From: Cetorhinus maximus | Taxonomy: Eukaryota | Length of the DNA stretch: 64,000 nucleotides | NCBI RefSeq assembly: GCF_964194155.1 | Contig: NC_135883.1 | Span: 34,286,001-34,350,000 of the forward strand | Direction: 5' to 3' | Shown: positions 50,070 through 63,465 of the stretch, piece by piece | How the letters are laid out: every line of letters begins with the position of its first letter | Numbering within the stretch: the first letter of the stretch is position 1 | Made by a program: the position numbers and the translations under genes | Notes under the pieces: model-generated | Seen by the model: the letters and a program-made list of their open reading frames with translations, nothing else | What the model was told of the DNA's origin: nothing | The model's database searches: none

Positions 50070-53000
50070 AAAAAATTCTTTCTTCAGATGTGAAAGATGC
50101 TGGCTAGGCCAACATTTGTTTTTCATACCTAACTACCCATGAGAAGGTGCTAGTGAGCTACTTTCTTGAACCGCTGCAGTTCATCTGGTGTAGTAACCCA
50201 CAGTGCTTTTAGGAGTGGAATTCCAGGTTTTTGTCCCAGTGACAGTGAAAGAATGACGATATAGTTTCAAGTCAGGATGATATGTGACTTGGAGGGGAAC
50301 TGTTCCCTGCTGTCTGCTGCATCTGTCCATCTAAGCGGTATAGGTAACAGGTTTGGAAGGTGCCGTTGAGTTGCTGCAGTGCATCTTGCAGAATAGATGC
50401 TACAATAGTCGATACAATAAAGATATACCTCATGTAGCTACAAGCGTTCATATCATTTCTGCACTAATGTGGCATCATGTGCAATCTCACAGCCTTTCCA
50501 GTTCAGCCTCCAGTACACTACTGCCACTGTGCACTGGTGGTGGAGGAAGTGAATTTTTAAGGTGGTGGATGAGGTGCCGGTCAAGCAGTCTGCTTTGTCC
50601 TGGTTGGTGTTGAGCTTCTTTAGTGTTGTTGGAGATGCACTCATCCAGGCAAGTGGAGAGTGTTCCTTCACCCTCCTGTATTGTGCCTTATGGATGGTGA
50701 TCAGGCTTTGGGGAGTCAAGAGGTCAACCTCTGACCTGGTCTTATAGCCACAATATTTATATGGTTGATCCAGTTAAATTTCTGGTCAATAATAACCCCA
50801 GGATGTTGATGGTGGAGGATTCAGCAATGGTAATGTAGTTGAATGTCAAGGAGAGATGGTTAGATTCTTTCTTAATGGAGATGATAATTGCCTGGCATTT
50901 GTGTAGTACGAGTGTCACTTGCCACTTTTCAGCCCAAACCTGAATGTTGTCCAAGTCTTGCTGCACATGGACGCATACTACTTCAGTATCTGAGGAGTCA
51001 CAAGTGGTACTGAATAATGTGCAATCATGGGAAACAGCCCCACTCCTAACCTTATGATGGAAAAATGGTCATTGATAAAACAGCTGAACTACCCTGAGGA
51101 ACTCTTGTGATGGCCTAGGGCTGAGGGTTTGGACACCAACCATAACCACCTTCCATTTTGCTACATATGACTCCAACCAGTGGAGAGCTGTTCCGCCCAA
51201 TTTCCATTGGCTTCAATTTTTCCAGGAGTCCTTGATGCCACACTGGGTCAAATGCTGCCTTGATGTCAAGGGCAGTCGTTGTCATCTAACCTCTTGAGTT
51301 CAGCCCTTTTGTCCATATTTGGACCAAGACTATAATGAGGTCAGAAGCTGAGTGGCCCTGACGGAACCCAAACTGAGCACAGGTGAGCAGGTTATTGCTG
51401 TGTAAATGCAGCCTACACTGCCTTCAATCCAAAACCAAAACCGCTCCAATCTCAGTCATAGAGTTTCAGTATGCAGATAACGGTTGTGTGCATGCTCACT
51501 CAGAAACTGAGCGCCAGGTAGTTGTCAACTCCTTCTCCAAAGCATTTGACAAAATGGGCCTTTCACTAAACACCCAGAAAACTCAGGTCCTCTTCCAACC
51601 TGCTCTCATTGCGAAACACCTCCCCCCATTGATTAAAATCAACGGTGAGATTCTGAAAAATGTGGAACATTTTCTGTATCTTGGAAGCCTCCTCTGGACG
51701 AAAGCAGACATAGACAGCGAAATTCTTCCTTGCCTTCAATGTGCCAGGTCAGACTTCAAATGACTGAGGAAAAGCATATTTGAGGACCAAGATCTCAAAC
51801 CTGAGACTAAGGTCAGGATTTACTGGGCAGCAGTGATCCCTGTGCCTCAAAGGCTTAATTGGACAACCTACAGCAGACACCTCACACCACTGGTGAAGTA
51901 CTACGAGCGGCGCCTTTGGAAGATCCTCCAAATCCAATGGTAAGAAAGGTGGTTCAAAAGCAACATCCTCTCCCAAGCCAATCTACCCAGCACTGAGGTG
52001 CTAATCACTCAACACTAGCTCCACTGGCAGGGCATTTCATTTTTATGCCTGAAACCAGACTCCCTGAGCAATTAGTCTACTCAGAACTTCATTGCAGAAG
52101 GAGACACCTAGGGGGAACAGGGGAAATGCTTTAGGGATGTCATCAAAGCATCATGAAGAGGTCAAACATACCCATCAACTCATGGGAGACCCTAGCTTGT
52201 GACCGACCAAAATGGAGAAGGCTCATCTGGGAAGGCACCGAACACATTGAGAGACTTAATCGGAAATATGCAGAGGTGAAATCGAGACATCGGAGGGAGT
52301 GCCATGAACATCCAAACAACCCCTCTACAAACCCTTCGAGCACCACCTGCCCCACATGGAGCCTAGTCTATAGATCATGTATTGTACTTATCAGCCATCT
52401 CATCAAGCCCATGGAACCGAGGTGGAAGTAAGTCATCCTGAATCCTGATGGACTGGCTAAGAAGAAGAAGGGCAATTTTCCACATTGTTGTGTAGATACC
52501 AGTGTTGTAGCTATTACTGGATCAGCTTGCTTAGAGGCACAGCTAGTTCTGGAGGACAAGTCTTCACTACTACTGCCAGGATGTTGTCAGGGCACATAGC
52601 CTTTATAGTGACTTCAGCTGTTTCTTAATATCACGTGGGGTGAATTGAATTGTCAGAAGTCTGGCATCTGTGATGCTGGGGACATCAGAAGAAGGCTGAG
52701 AGGTATCATCCACTCGGCAGTTCTGACTGATGACAGTTGCAAATGCTTCAGCCTTGTCTTTTTACTGATGTGCTGAGCTCCACCATCATTAATGATGGTG
52801 CCTCTTCCTTCAGTCAGTTATTTAATTGTCCACCACTATTCATGATTGGATATGGCAGGATTGCAGAGCTTTGATCTGATCCACATGGTGTGGGATCACT
52901 TAGCTCTGTCTATCACATGCTGCTTCCACTACTTAGTATGCAAGTAGTGCTGTGTTGCAGCTTCACCAGGCTGGCGTTTCATTTTTAGGTATGCCTGGTG

Positions 53001-53380
53001 CTGCACCTGGCATGCTGTCCTACACTCTACATTGAACCAGGATTAATCCCCTGGCTTGATGGTAATGGTGGAGTGGAGATATGCCAGGCAATGAGGTTAC
53101 AGGTTGTGGTTGAATACAATTCTGCTGCTGCTGATGGCCCACAGCGCCTCACTTGATGAACTGCTTGATCTGTTCTGAATCTATCCCATTTAGCACAGTG
53201 TTACCACCACACAATATGATGGAGGGTATCCTCAATGTGAAAACGAGATTTCTTCCCCACAAGGACTGTGGGGTGGTCACTCCTACCAATACTTTCATGG
53301 ACATATGCATCTTTGAAAGATTGATTGATGAAGACGAGGTCAAGTCAGATTTTCCCTCAAGTTGGTTCCCTCACCACCAT
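50070..53380 (-). mobile_element. Long copy of the 44.7-kb LINE family, split by an RTE insertion
   Basis: MQQDLDNIQVWAEKWQV and KEHSPLAWMSASPTTLKKL motifs; sequence resumes after 52470 toward the APE region, matching 62.8-63.4 kb. Confidence 0.82.
51405..52470 (+). mobile_element. RTE-clade LINE 3' fragment with (AAG)n tail
   Basis: EFQYADNG...GLSLNTQKTQV...VEHFLYLGSLL and WETLACDRPKWRRLIWEG; ends ggctaagaagaagaag. Confidence 0.88.
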
Positions 53381-54194
53381 GGAAAGTGCAGATTGGGAGG
53401 AAAGGAGGACAAAAGTATAACTTGGAATGTTTTTCTATTTAAAAGCACTATATAAATGCAAGTTGTAGTTGACTAAAATTTTTTAGCAGTGATGCTGCTG
53501 AATCATGTGGAGGTGGAAATAATCAACGATGGCCAGAGGTATTACCGAAGGTTCAATCATATGATGTTCTGCCCATAGGTCCAGCACCAACGTGGTAGGC
53601 TGAATGGCCTCCTGTGCTCTAAATATTTCTATATTTCTCTGTGATATCTACAAATGCCATTGCATTTGGATAGGTTTACTGTCATTGAGTACTTTTGCCC
53701 ATGGTTTCAGCCAGCCTCTGTTGCATGGAAAGTTCCAAGAGCCAGGCGACCACCCATGAGTGAGAGAAGAGGGAAGATTGAGGACAGGGAAAGTCGAGAA
53801 TTTGAAAATGAGGGATCAATGGGGAATTGTGGAAAATTAGGGATAAGTGGCATTCGTATAAATATCTAAGTTGATCTTGTGCATTGAATGATGTCACTGA
53901 GGGAAGAGGAAGAGAAGAAGGCCAAGGATACCTCTAGCATCAGAATCCTCTCCAAGCTGGGAAATTTATGGAACATAATTTCAAACCCATGGAGATGTTT
54001 TGACCTCATGATTGGAACTATAAATTCCAAAAAGATAAGCTGCAGTCAGCAGTACAAGGCTGGGCAGCAAGGGGTTAATTCGGACATTTAGTGAAAACAC
54101 TAGTGACTCATCAAAAGAGTTTGGACATTGACTAACACGATCAAGATGTCTGATTACGCAATACAATGGCACAAAGGACATATCATCAATACAA

Positions 54195-54479
54195 ATATAA
54201 AAACAAAAAACTACTGCGGATGCTGGAAATCCAAAACAAAAACAGAATTACCTGGAAAAACTCAGCAGGTCTGGCAGCATCGGCGGAGAAGAAAAGAGTT
54301 GACGTTTCGAGTCCTCATGACCCTTCAGCAGAACTGAGTAAAGTTAGGGGAGGGGTGAAATATAAGCTGGTTTAAAGTGGGGGGGGGGGGGTGGTGGGGG
54401 GGGGGGGGTAGGGGAGAGAAGTTGGGAGTGGGGGGTGTGGTTGTAGGGACAAGCAAGCAGTGATAGGAGCAGATTTTTT
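54195..54479 (-). mobile_element. Short Penelope terminal insertion with hammerhead-like motif (54297-54335), long G-runs and 14-bp TSD
   Basis: tatcatcaatacaa at 54181-54194 and 54480-54493; minus strand agttCTGCTGAagggtcatgaggactcGAAACGTCaact. Confidence 0.88.
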
Positions 54480-56092
54480 TATCATCAATACAATACACTC
54501 AAGGAATTATTCAACCACTACAGACAATAGTAATGGATTAGGGTCATTCAAACCATCATTAACTTTGGAGCCAGGTGCTCTAACTGTGCTGTTACTGTAC
54601 CACCTCAAACAGCAGGAGAATTGCTTGTACAATGAACTGATAATATTCATCTGGATACATCTTCCCTCGAAAACCCTGTATTGTTTTCAACCAGTAGGAG
54701 CTGATAACATTTGTCTGGACTTTGCATGGAATCAACTAAATGGCCATTGGAACAACAGGAGATATGTTTTGACAAGTCTGAGTTAAATTATTATAAAAGA
54801 AGAGCAGATTTGAGGTTTTGGGCTATAGTTGGAAGAAGGGTCAAGCTTGGTCACCTTGACTCAGGCCTATAGTCAACACCAGACAGAACAGCCGTGTTGG
54901 GGATTGTAAGTGTTTTCAGCCATATCGTGGTGCTGCTGGCCTGAAGGTGTTGGGCTGCAGTCGGAAGAAGAGTTGAGTTTGGTCACCTTACTCAGGCCAA
55001 CAGTCAACACCGACAGACTAGCCGTGTTGGGGTTTGTAAGTTTCAGCCAAATCAAAGTGATATTGGTCTGAGGGTTTTGTGAAGGTTTGGGGCGAAAACT
55101 TGGGAGTGTTTTTGCCAGTACCTTGTAACTTGTTTCAGCCGTATCTTGGTGATATTGGTCTAAGGGTTTTTTCACTTAAGGTTTCAGGACAGGACGTGGT
55201 GTTTTGCCTATGTTTTTGTAAGTTTTAACCAAGTCGTGTTGACTTTGTGTTGGGGACTGGGAATAGGTTGTTTAAATTTTGGGTTTTGTACTGTGGGGTT
55301 ATAGGCAATTCAATAAAGCAATCATGAATTATCAGATGAAACTTGTCTCGCTGGTCATTCTGTTCAAGACATAACTTGTGAATCTGGTGTTGCGAACTTG
55401 AGTGTGGGGAGGGTCGCTGAGGGAAAGAGGGAACCTCTACATATCTTTTTGGGAAACTGCGCTACCTGTATGAGGCACATAGAAAAGCCATTAAAGGAGA
55501 TGTACTGAATGCACTCGTGTCTTTAGAGAACCTGCATAGCTACTTTGGTGTTGCTAATGATCTCAAACCCTATTCCACAGCATAATTCAGATGAATTTGG
55601 AACATAGCATATTATACAGCACCTTCCATCATATAAATGGGAGAATTCTAAGTTGTGATCCCACACCTGCTTTCAGAGAGAGTTTCCCACATTTGGGAGA
55701 GGTTCCCCCTCTAAGTGGAACATCCAACAGCCCAGGAGATTAGTTCTTTAAAATTTTCCACTGCAGTGTGTTCTCCACCTGCTCCATGATGTTCAGAGGA
55801 GCCTTTGACCTTGGTTTCTGCTCTCCCCTGCTGCCCATGGTTGTCCATCTTCCCCTGCTCTCTGGTGGCCTCCTGGGTCTTGGAATATGCTGGGAGCAAA
55901 AATACTCGACTACAGAGGACCCAGCCATGGTAAACTCCATAACAATTGTAGTGGTTATGTGATCACAATCAAGCCTCCAGAATGCCTCCCACCAAAGCTG
56001 ACAACCTTTAATGGTAAGAGGAACATGCTCCAAACATAGTTCAATGTCTTGATACAACAGAATGATTTATTTGAAAGATTGTATGAGTGTCC

Positions 56093-57114
56093 ATTGTGGT
56101 TCAGTTGGTAGCATTCCTATCTTTCAGTTAGATGGTTGTGGGTTTAAGTTCCAGTCCAGGAGTTGAGGAAGCACTGCACTGTTTTTTGGATGAGACGCTA
56201 ACCTAAGACCCTGTCTGTCCTCTCAGGGAGATGTAAAAGATCCCAAGGCACCATTTTGAAGGAGATCAGAGGAGTTATCCTTGGTGTCCTAGCCAATATT
56301 TATCCCTCAAGCAACATTACAAAATCAGAATGACCAATGTCTTCAGCTCAGTGGGAATACTGAAGTCATCATTGCTGCCCACAAAATATTCTGCACCTCA
56401 ACAGAACTGCCCATTTTCAGCCAGGATATCCGATCCCAGGTGAAGTCGAAATACATCAGCACAGCCTCTCCAGGGTAAATCCAGTGAGTGTAGGAGTGTT
56501 AATTGAAGGAGAGGACGTGCCCCTTTTTATATCACTAACTGCTGTACTCAGGTATGTTTTTAAAGGTCTCAAGTCTTTTAATGAATGAATGTGGGTTAGT
56601 GAATGGATGGGTGGATGAGTGAGTGGGGGGACACTGATTGTAGTGTTCAGTTCAGTTATGCCGGCTAATCACAGAGTTAGACCAAATATTAACCAGCATA
56701 ATATTTCCAGGGTAAGTATCCAGGTAAATCTAGGGTATCTGGCCCCAGCCTCTGACCCTGAGTTCAATGTCGGAGATTTTCACAGAGGGTCCTGGGCAGT
56801 TCAAATCAGCCCATCAGAAGTTTAAACTTCCTGGGCAATTTCAGCACATGTGCATGCACCGGAGCTTCTACAGGGCCCCGACGCACCACACACACTTAAG
56901 TCCTGATTTTGCTGCTCTGGACATTGGAAGATTTGGGTCATTATCTGGTTTTGATCACATTGCTGTTTGTGGGAGCTTGCTGTGTACGAATTGTCTGCTG
57001 CATTTTCTACATTACAACAGTGACTATGCTCCAAAAGTACTTAGTTGACCATAAAGCATTTAGGGACGTCCAGTGGTTGTGAAAGGCGCTATACAAATAC
57101 AGGTCTTTCTTTCT
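56093..57114 (+). mobile_element. DeuSINE (SacSINE1-like tRNA SINE) split by a 610-bp TIR-bounded insert (56331-56940)
   Basis: tRNA head tggttcagttggtagc...gggtttaagt; Deu core gatgagacg...gtaaaagatccca...gtcctagccaatatttatccctca; tail gaaaggcgctatacaaatacaggtctttcttt; insert ends TGACCAATGTCTTC / GAAGATTTGGGTCA. Confidence 0.8.
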
Positions 57115-57169
57115 ATAGTAGTTAGAAGCCCTGCAAAACCATCAAGAGTTTTCCAGTTCATCACAGAAT

Positions 57170-57262
57170 GCTGCCAGACTTGCTGAGTTTTTCCAGGTAA
57201 TTCTGTTTTTATTTTGTTTTGGATTTCCAGCATCCGCAGTAGCTTTTAGCTTTTTGTTTTTA
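57170..57262 (+). mobile_element. Very short (about 93 bp) Penelope terminal insertion with 12-bp TSD
   Basis: tcatcacagaat at 57158-57169 and 57263-57274; body is the reverse complement of about 54200-54280. Confidence 0.82.
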
Positions 57263-57298
57263 TCATCACAGAATCGCTGTTTTCACTAACAGCTCACA

Positions 57299-57701
57299 CA
57301 GGGCTTCCCAAAACTGTGGGTGGTGGTGGTGACCCCGCCCCGCCCTGCCCGCAGGAGGTTTGGGTGGGCGGGGGGGGGTCCTGAGCTGCGACGTAGCAAC
57401 AGCTGCCGTGGAGCGAATACTAGCAGCTTCGAGGTCCCTTTAAATCCTCAGATTCGGTGGGCGCGGCCTAACAGATCTTTTGAGGCCTGATTCTTGCTGC
57501 AAAAAGAAAGCCTGTGAAAAAGGTAAGGGCTTGTTTAATTTAAAAAAAATACCCCAAAGTTAACTGCAGTTTGAAGCATTGCCACCACTCGGAACTCTCC
57601 TCCCCTCCCCTGCTCGGGAGCTGAAGCTAACCAGCCCCCGGGGAGGGGGGGGTCTCACACTGTCCATGTGTTCATACCTGGAAAAGGTTTGGGAAGCACT
57701 A
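57299..57701. mobile_element. hAT-type MITE upstream of ADI1
   Basis: TIRs CAGGGCTTCCCAAA / TTTGGGAAGCACTA; TSD not recognisable. Confidence 0.6.
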
Positions 57702-58090
57702 ATGTACACACTTCTTTAAAATAAAACTAACTCCGAGTACTCATTAACCAGACAGCAAACAATCGTTAACTTTAAAAAGTTTTATCTGGCGAGCAATTGT
57801 AATAAAGTATTTCTCCAAGGACAGGAAGCCCGAGTACTTTTTGGAAAAAAAATAACTGCGTGAGTTGAAACAAACAAACATCAATGGGGTTTTTCATTAA
57901 CCCACAATGAACTACAGTCAAATTTCACAAGAAGACGTTTCACTACAGGTTCAAATTTCCAAGCCCTCCCTCCCTTCCACTAGTCACTTTGCAGAGTTTG
58001 TGATCTGTCTAATTCATTGCAGCCGGGGGGACACTATTTACAAACTATTCTTGTCGAAACAGAGAGGCCGGTGAAGTGCCAGCCTTCGGC

Positions 58091-58207
58091 ATGGAAGCCT
58101 GGTACATGGACGGGTCGGCTGGTGACCAGCGGCAGCCTCACCAGCGGCAGCCCAACCAAGCGGTGACTCGGAAGGAGCTGGAGCAATTCGGCATCTTATA
58201 CTGGAAG
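58091..58207 (+). CDS. ADI1: Acireductone dioxygenase 1, coding exon 1 (remaining exons not found in the window)
   Basis: MEAWYMDGSAGDQRQPHQRQPNQAVTRKELEQFGILYWK (compare human AWYMDD-PGDPRQPH...LGVLYWK); Kozak ggcATGG; donor aag|gtgagg; syntenic position. Confidence 0.95.
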
Positions 58208-58999
58208 GTGAGGCCAGCAACTTCAGCCCAGGGCGGGCTGTTCGCTGCTCAAATGTTCTCACTCCTCAGCTTCCTTCTTTCTGTCTTTCGGTGCAATCTT
58301 ACTTGACTCCAAATCTGGAATTGCACTCCCGGCTGCCATAAATGGGGTCATGTGTTTTTTTTTATATATATATATAATTATGCTTTTTAGCCAGTCGTTG
58401 CTCCCAAGTTTTTCAGCAAGTTAGCCAGCAGGGGTACAAAAATTACCAAACGGTAGGTAGACTGTCATTAACATATCACACCTCAACTCCACTGAACTTT
58501 CTGCATGTCTGGAGGTTGAGTGATTGCACCTTTTTTGCCCCTCTCAATAAACTTCTACAATCTGGAAGCCATGCGGTCCCGGGGATTAACAAAAGTGCTG
58601 AAGGTTCCCGGGATAAATGCCTATTATTTCCAAACACCAATATAAAACAGCAGTGCAAACTGCTATACTGTATACTGATTTTTTATTCCCAAACATATAC
58701 TTTCTTCATAAAATTTATAACAGTACATTTCATGACCATTAAAAGTTGACATTGCATAAGGTACAAACCAAATTAGTTTGCTCCAATACTGTTATTCACT
58801 ACATTTGTAATTACAGTTAATATTTTAAAAATTCATTACATGTTGACAGTATAGCCCAAGGGGTTTAATCCAGTTTCCAGCCCCTCAGTGTACTACATAT
58901 ATGCTTACTTGTGCATTATGCATGCATACACATAATAAATACATGTATACATATACATACATGTGCATAACAATATAGTTCCTAACTCATTTCAGATAA

Positions 59000-59480
59000 T
59001 AGAACAGAGGGTGCAAAAAATATTTACAAGAATAATTCCAGGAATCAGGGGCTTCAATTACGTATATAGATTGGAGAAGCTGAACTGTTCTCCTTAGAGA
59101 AGAGAAGGTTGAGAGAAGATTTGAAAGAGATGTTTAAAATCATGAGGGATCTGGAGTAGATTGAAAGAAGCTGTTTCATTGGTGGAAGGATCGAGAACCG
59201 GAGGACAGGTATTTAAATTTAATAGCAAAAGAACCAAAGGTGACATGTGGAAATTGTGCAGAGTGTGGTTAGGATCTGGCATGCACTGTCTGAGAGTGTG
59301 GTGAAAGCAGATTCACTTGTGACTTTCAAAAAATAATTGGATAATTATCTGAAGAGAAAAGATTTGCATGGCTACAGGGAAGGGGCAGGGGATTGAGACT
59401 AGCGGAGCAGCTTTTGCAGAGAGCTCGTTTAGACATGATGGGCTGATTGGCCTCCTTCTGTACTGTAACATTCTACGATT
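59000..59480 (+). mobile_element. CR1 3' fragment in ADI1 intron 1
   Basis: RLEKLNCSP...RRLREDL...FKIM-like sequence; tail gggctgattggcctccttctgtactgta. Confidence 0.75.
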
Positions 59481-61634
59481 TTGAACATGAGAATGAGAGT
59501 TTTAGGATCGAGGTACTGTTAGACCAAGAGCCAAAGTAGATCAGCAAGCACATGAGGAATTGGCACTTTGTGCGGTACAGGCAGCAGAGTTTTGGCTGAG
59601 CTCAAATTTATGGAGGATCGAAGATGGGATAGCATCCAGGTGAATAGCTATTTCTGCAAGTAATAAAGCATATATGAGGGTTGCATTAGCAGATGGACTG
59701 TGGAAATGACGGAGACAGTGGACAGTGGATCCTTGTAATGGGAGGCTATGGGTTCGGGAGCTCAACTCAGAACAGTTTTGTTCTGCCTGAGATGAAGTTT
59801 AGGGTGGGAGCTGCAGTCCATGGTTGGAGAAAGGAGTTTGTGACAGGGGCATAAGACAATGAGATTTTTATCCCTAACATTTTAATGGAGGAAATTTCAG
59901 TTCACCCTTGGCTGGAGGTGTACAAGCAAGTTGACAACATGGAAGGATTGAGAGAGGTCATGATGAGGGAGTGCTGGGTTTCACAGCTTAAATTTGGAAC
60001 CTGTTGTCATATCTTTGGTTGATCTCCTGAGTTTGACCCAGCCAAAGTATACAGGTATTTTAGGTATTTATCCTTCACACAAACTTTGGTCCTAATTCTA
60101 TGTGTATGTTTTGTTCTCATATTTTTTATTCCCTTTTCCTTCAAATGCACATTCAAGTCTGTTCTTAAATGTTGACATGGTCTCTGCTTCACTTTCTGAT
60201 AATACACTGGAGGTTCAGATTGCAGAATGTATCTCCTGGAGATATTATCCTACTGAGTCCTAGATGTCTTGTATTTAATATATCCATGGCCCCTTTTTGG
60301 GAGATCCATCAATCACTGGAAACAGTCTACTTCTATCTATTCTGTCCCATTCTCTTACTGTTTCCTATTTCCTTGTTCTCTTTATTTTTCAATCAAACAC
60401 AGATATTACATGTCCCCTCCTCTTCAATTTTAGTTTGTTTTCAATCTCTATCCATGGCAGTCTGAAATTTTTTTATTAAATGGTAACAATTTATTATTCT
60501 GTGCCTTTGCAATCTCCCTTTGTACACACAAAAAAAATCCCATTGTTAATCTCCATGTACCAATTCCTCTCTTCACCTCATTCCAGCCCACTCACTCTTG
60601 ATCTTTCTAAAATCTTCCCCATTCCAATCTGGTGCCCTTGTTTTTGCATTAACTTTTTGCCTATGTGGTTGGATCTTAAACGTTGTCATATTATGGTCAC
60701 TATACCCAAGGTGCTCACCCACAATTAACTCATCTACCTGATCTATTTAATTCTCATAACTAGATCTAGCAATGTCTATCCTGTTGTAAGTGTATAAAAG
60801 TTCTTCTTGAGGAAGGAGTCCTTCGCATTTGTTAGAATTCCATTACTTTGTTTATTCACTCCCTCTCCCAATCAAAGAGCAGGTAATTAAAATCTCCTAG
60901 AACAACAACTTCATTCTTCATTTCATAAATCTGTCTATAGTTTTCCTCCCACAATTAGGGGATCTGTAGTATAGCTCCAGTAATGTATAACCACCTAATC
61001 CTAGACTTCCTGACCAGCAGAAAGAGTTTCTCTCAATCTACCCTACCCGTTCCCCTTAATATTTTGTAAACTTTGATCAAAGCAGTCCTTACCTTTCTAA
61101 ATTCCAGGCTATACAACCCGATTTTCGTACAAGCTCTTCTTGTAATTTAACCCTTGGATTCCAAGAATCATTCTACTAAATCTGCTCTGCACCTCTCTCC
61201 AAGGCTTATCTTTCCTAAGGTGTGGTGCTCAGAACTGCTCCAGGTATGGTCTAAGCAGGGATTTGTATGTCTGAAGCATGACTTCACAGTATCACAGCAT
61301 CTTTACAGTACAGAAGGAGGCCATTCGGCCCATCAAGTATGCACTGGCTCTCTGAAAGAGCTTTCCACTTAGTCCCACTCTCCTGCCTTATCCCTATAAC
61401 CTTTCAGGTAGCAACCCAATTCCCTTTTGAATACCTCGATCGAACCTGCCTCCACTACCCTTTCAGGAAGTTTGTTCCAGACTCCAACCATCTTCTGGGT
61501 GAAAAATGCTTTCCTCACATCACATTTACTCCTTTTGCCAATTACTTTGAATCTGTGCCCTCTAGTCCTTGTAGTTCTCTTGAGTGGGAACAATTTCTCA
61601 CTTCAACCCCTATGTATTCCTATGTATTCTATTC

Positions 61635-62108
61635 CAGGGTTATCCAACATATGGGCCATACTCCAGCCTGCCTAAGGTTTGTATCCGGCCTGCCAACTGC
61701 CATGGTAATCCCGTTGAGAAATGGAAGGTACCATGCTTTTACCTTAAAGTTTGAATTCCTCTGAGGATTCATGGATTTTCCCACCAGCTTTTCCCAACAC
61801 CAATATTTAAAAGTGGAGAGTGGGCACGGGGACTGTGTCTGTGCTGCTGGGACCAGTTTAATGACTGGGACAGGGATTGGGAACCAGGGATGGAACAATC
61901 CGGAAAATGGCCACCACCGTGAAAAAAGTGGTGAGGGAGAGGGGGTTAGAGAGAGGACCTATTCTCTCCCCCACCCCTCCCAACCCGTCTTTCAGCAGCA
62001 CCCCCCACAACCACACACCCTCTGCCCGCCAGTCAAAGTGTCACTGGCATCGTGATTGAGAAAAAAATTGAAATTTGGCCCCTCGCACAAAAAGCTTGTA
62101 CATCCCCA
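61635..62108. mobile_element. Probable hAT MITE within nested minus-strand CR1 fragments (about 61000-62750)
   Basis: Imperfect TIRs CAGGGTTATCCAAC / TTGTACATCCCCA; CR1 ORF RTRGHRFKV...FFTQKMVGVWNKLPERVVEAGS at 61369-61593. Confidence 0.5.
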
Positions 62109-62769
62109 CTCTAGATAGAAAGGCAGGCATTCTATTAGTTTATTAATTCTTTTTTTGTATCTGTTCATGACATTTTAATGATCTCTGTACCTGAACCCCA
62201 AAGTTTCTTTGGGACTTCCACGGTTTCTAGTTTTTCACCATTTGGGTCCAAATTGGATGACCTGACGATTGCCTACATTGAAATCCATTTGCCACAGTTT
62301 TGCCCGTTCACATCATATATTAATATATCTTTGTATTGTTATGCCTCCATCTACACTGTCATTGGCAAATTTGAATGTGTGCCATTCTATCCCATCATCT
62401 AAGTCGCTAATGCATATTGAATAGTTGAGGCCTCAACACGGCCACTAATCACACCCTGTCAGTTAGAGTAACTGCCCATTATCTTTAGTCTCCTGTCTTC
62501 TGCTGCTTAGCCAATTTCAAAAACAAATCATAGAAAAAAATCATATCTAACCAGGCCTGTCATTTGCCTTCAGTTCCTTTTATTCCTGCCCTTTCTACGT
62601 CCGAAGTGGATGAGCTCACATTTGCCTGCATTGAAGTCAACAGTTTTGCCCATTCACTTAACTTATTAATATCTCTTTATACTTTTGTGCTTTCATTTAA
62701 ACTGTTTACAGTGCTGTCTATCTTCGTGCCATCAGTTGTGGGATGCCTTAGCTCTGAGTATAGCATACT

Positions 62770-63465
62770 TCGTCCACTGTTCAGCATGCCTAATGTTTCG
62801 CCAGGTTGACACCTAATTTTCAATTAAATCTGGGATTGCTTCAGGTCTTCCCTGCTACACACCTCATCGAACCAGGGCTGGTCATCTGGCTTCATGGAGG
62901 AGAGAGGGATATGCTGGGTCATGAGGGTACAGATTGTGCTATTTAGCTATGTAGCTGCTGATGGCCCACAGTGCCTCATGGATGTCCAGTTTTAAGATGC
63001 TAGATCTGTTCTGCATCTACCCCATATGACATGATGATAGTACCACATGCCACAATGGAGGGTGTCCTTGGTGTGAAGATGAGACTTTATTTCCGTAAGG
63101 ACTGTGCAGTGGCCACTTGTACCAGTATCATCATGGACAGATGCTTCTACCTCAGATAGATTGATGAGGATAAATTCAAATAGATTGTTCCCTTGTGTTG
63201 GTTCTCTCACCACCTGCTGGTGTCCCAGTGTGGCAGTTGTGTGCTTCAGAGCTTGGTCAGTTGTGGTGCTACTGAGCCACTCTTGGTGATGGATATTGAA
63301 GTCCCCCACACAGAGTACATTCTGTGTCCTTGCTACCCTCAAGTGTTTCCTCCAAGTGACGTTCAGCATTAATCAGTACTGATTCATTAATCTAATGGAA
63401 TGTGGGAGGTGGTAATCAGCAGGAGGCTTCCTTGCCCATATTTGATGTGATACCATGAGACTTCA
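62770..63465 (-). mobile_element. LINE APE endonuclease fragment (44.7-kb family)
   Basis: VLCVGDFNIHHQEWL...QVVREPTQGNNL...GTSGHCTV. Confidence 0.8.

Noticed and set aside
54378-54440. G-quadruplex-forming G-runs as a regulatory element
   Set aside because: Expanded homopolymer inside a Penelope fragment; length is error-prone and there is no evidence of function
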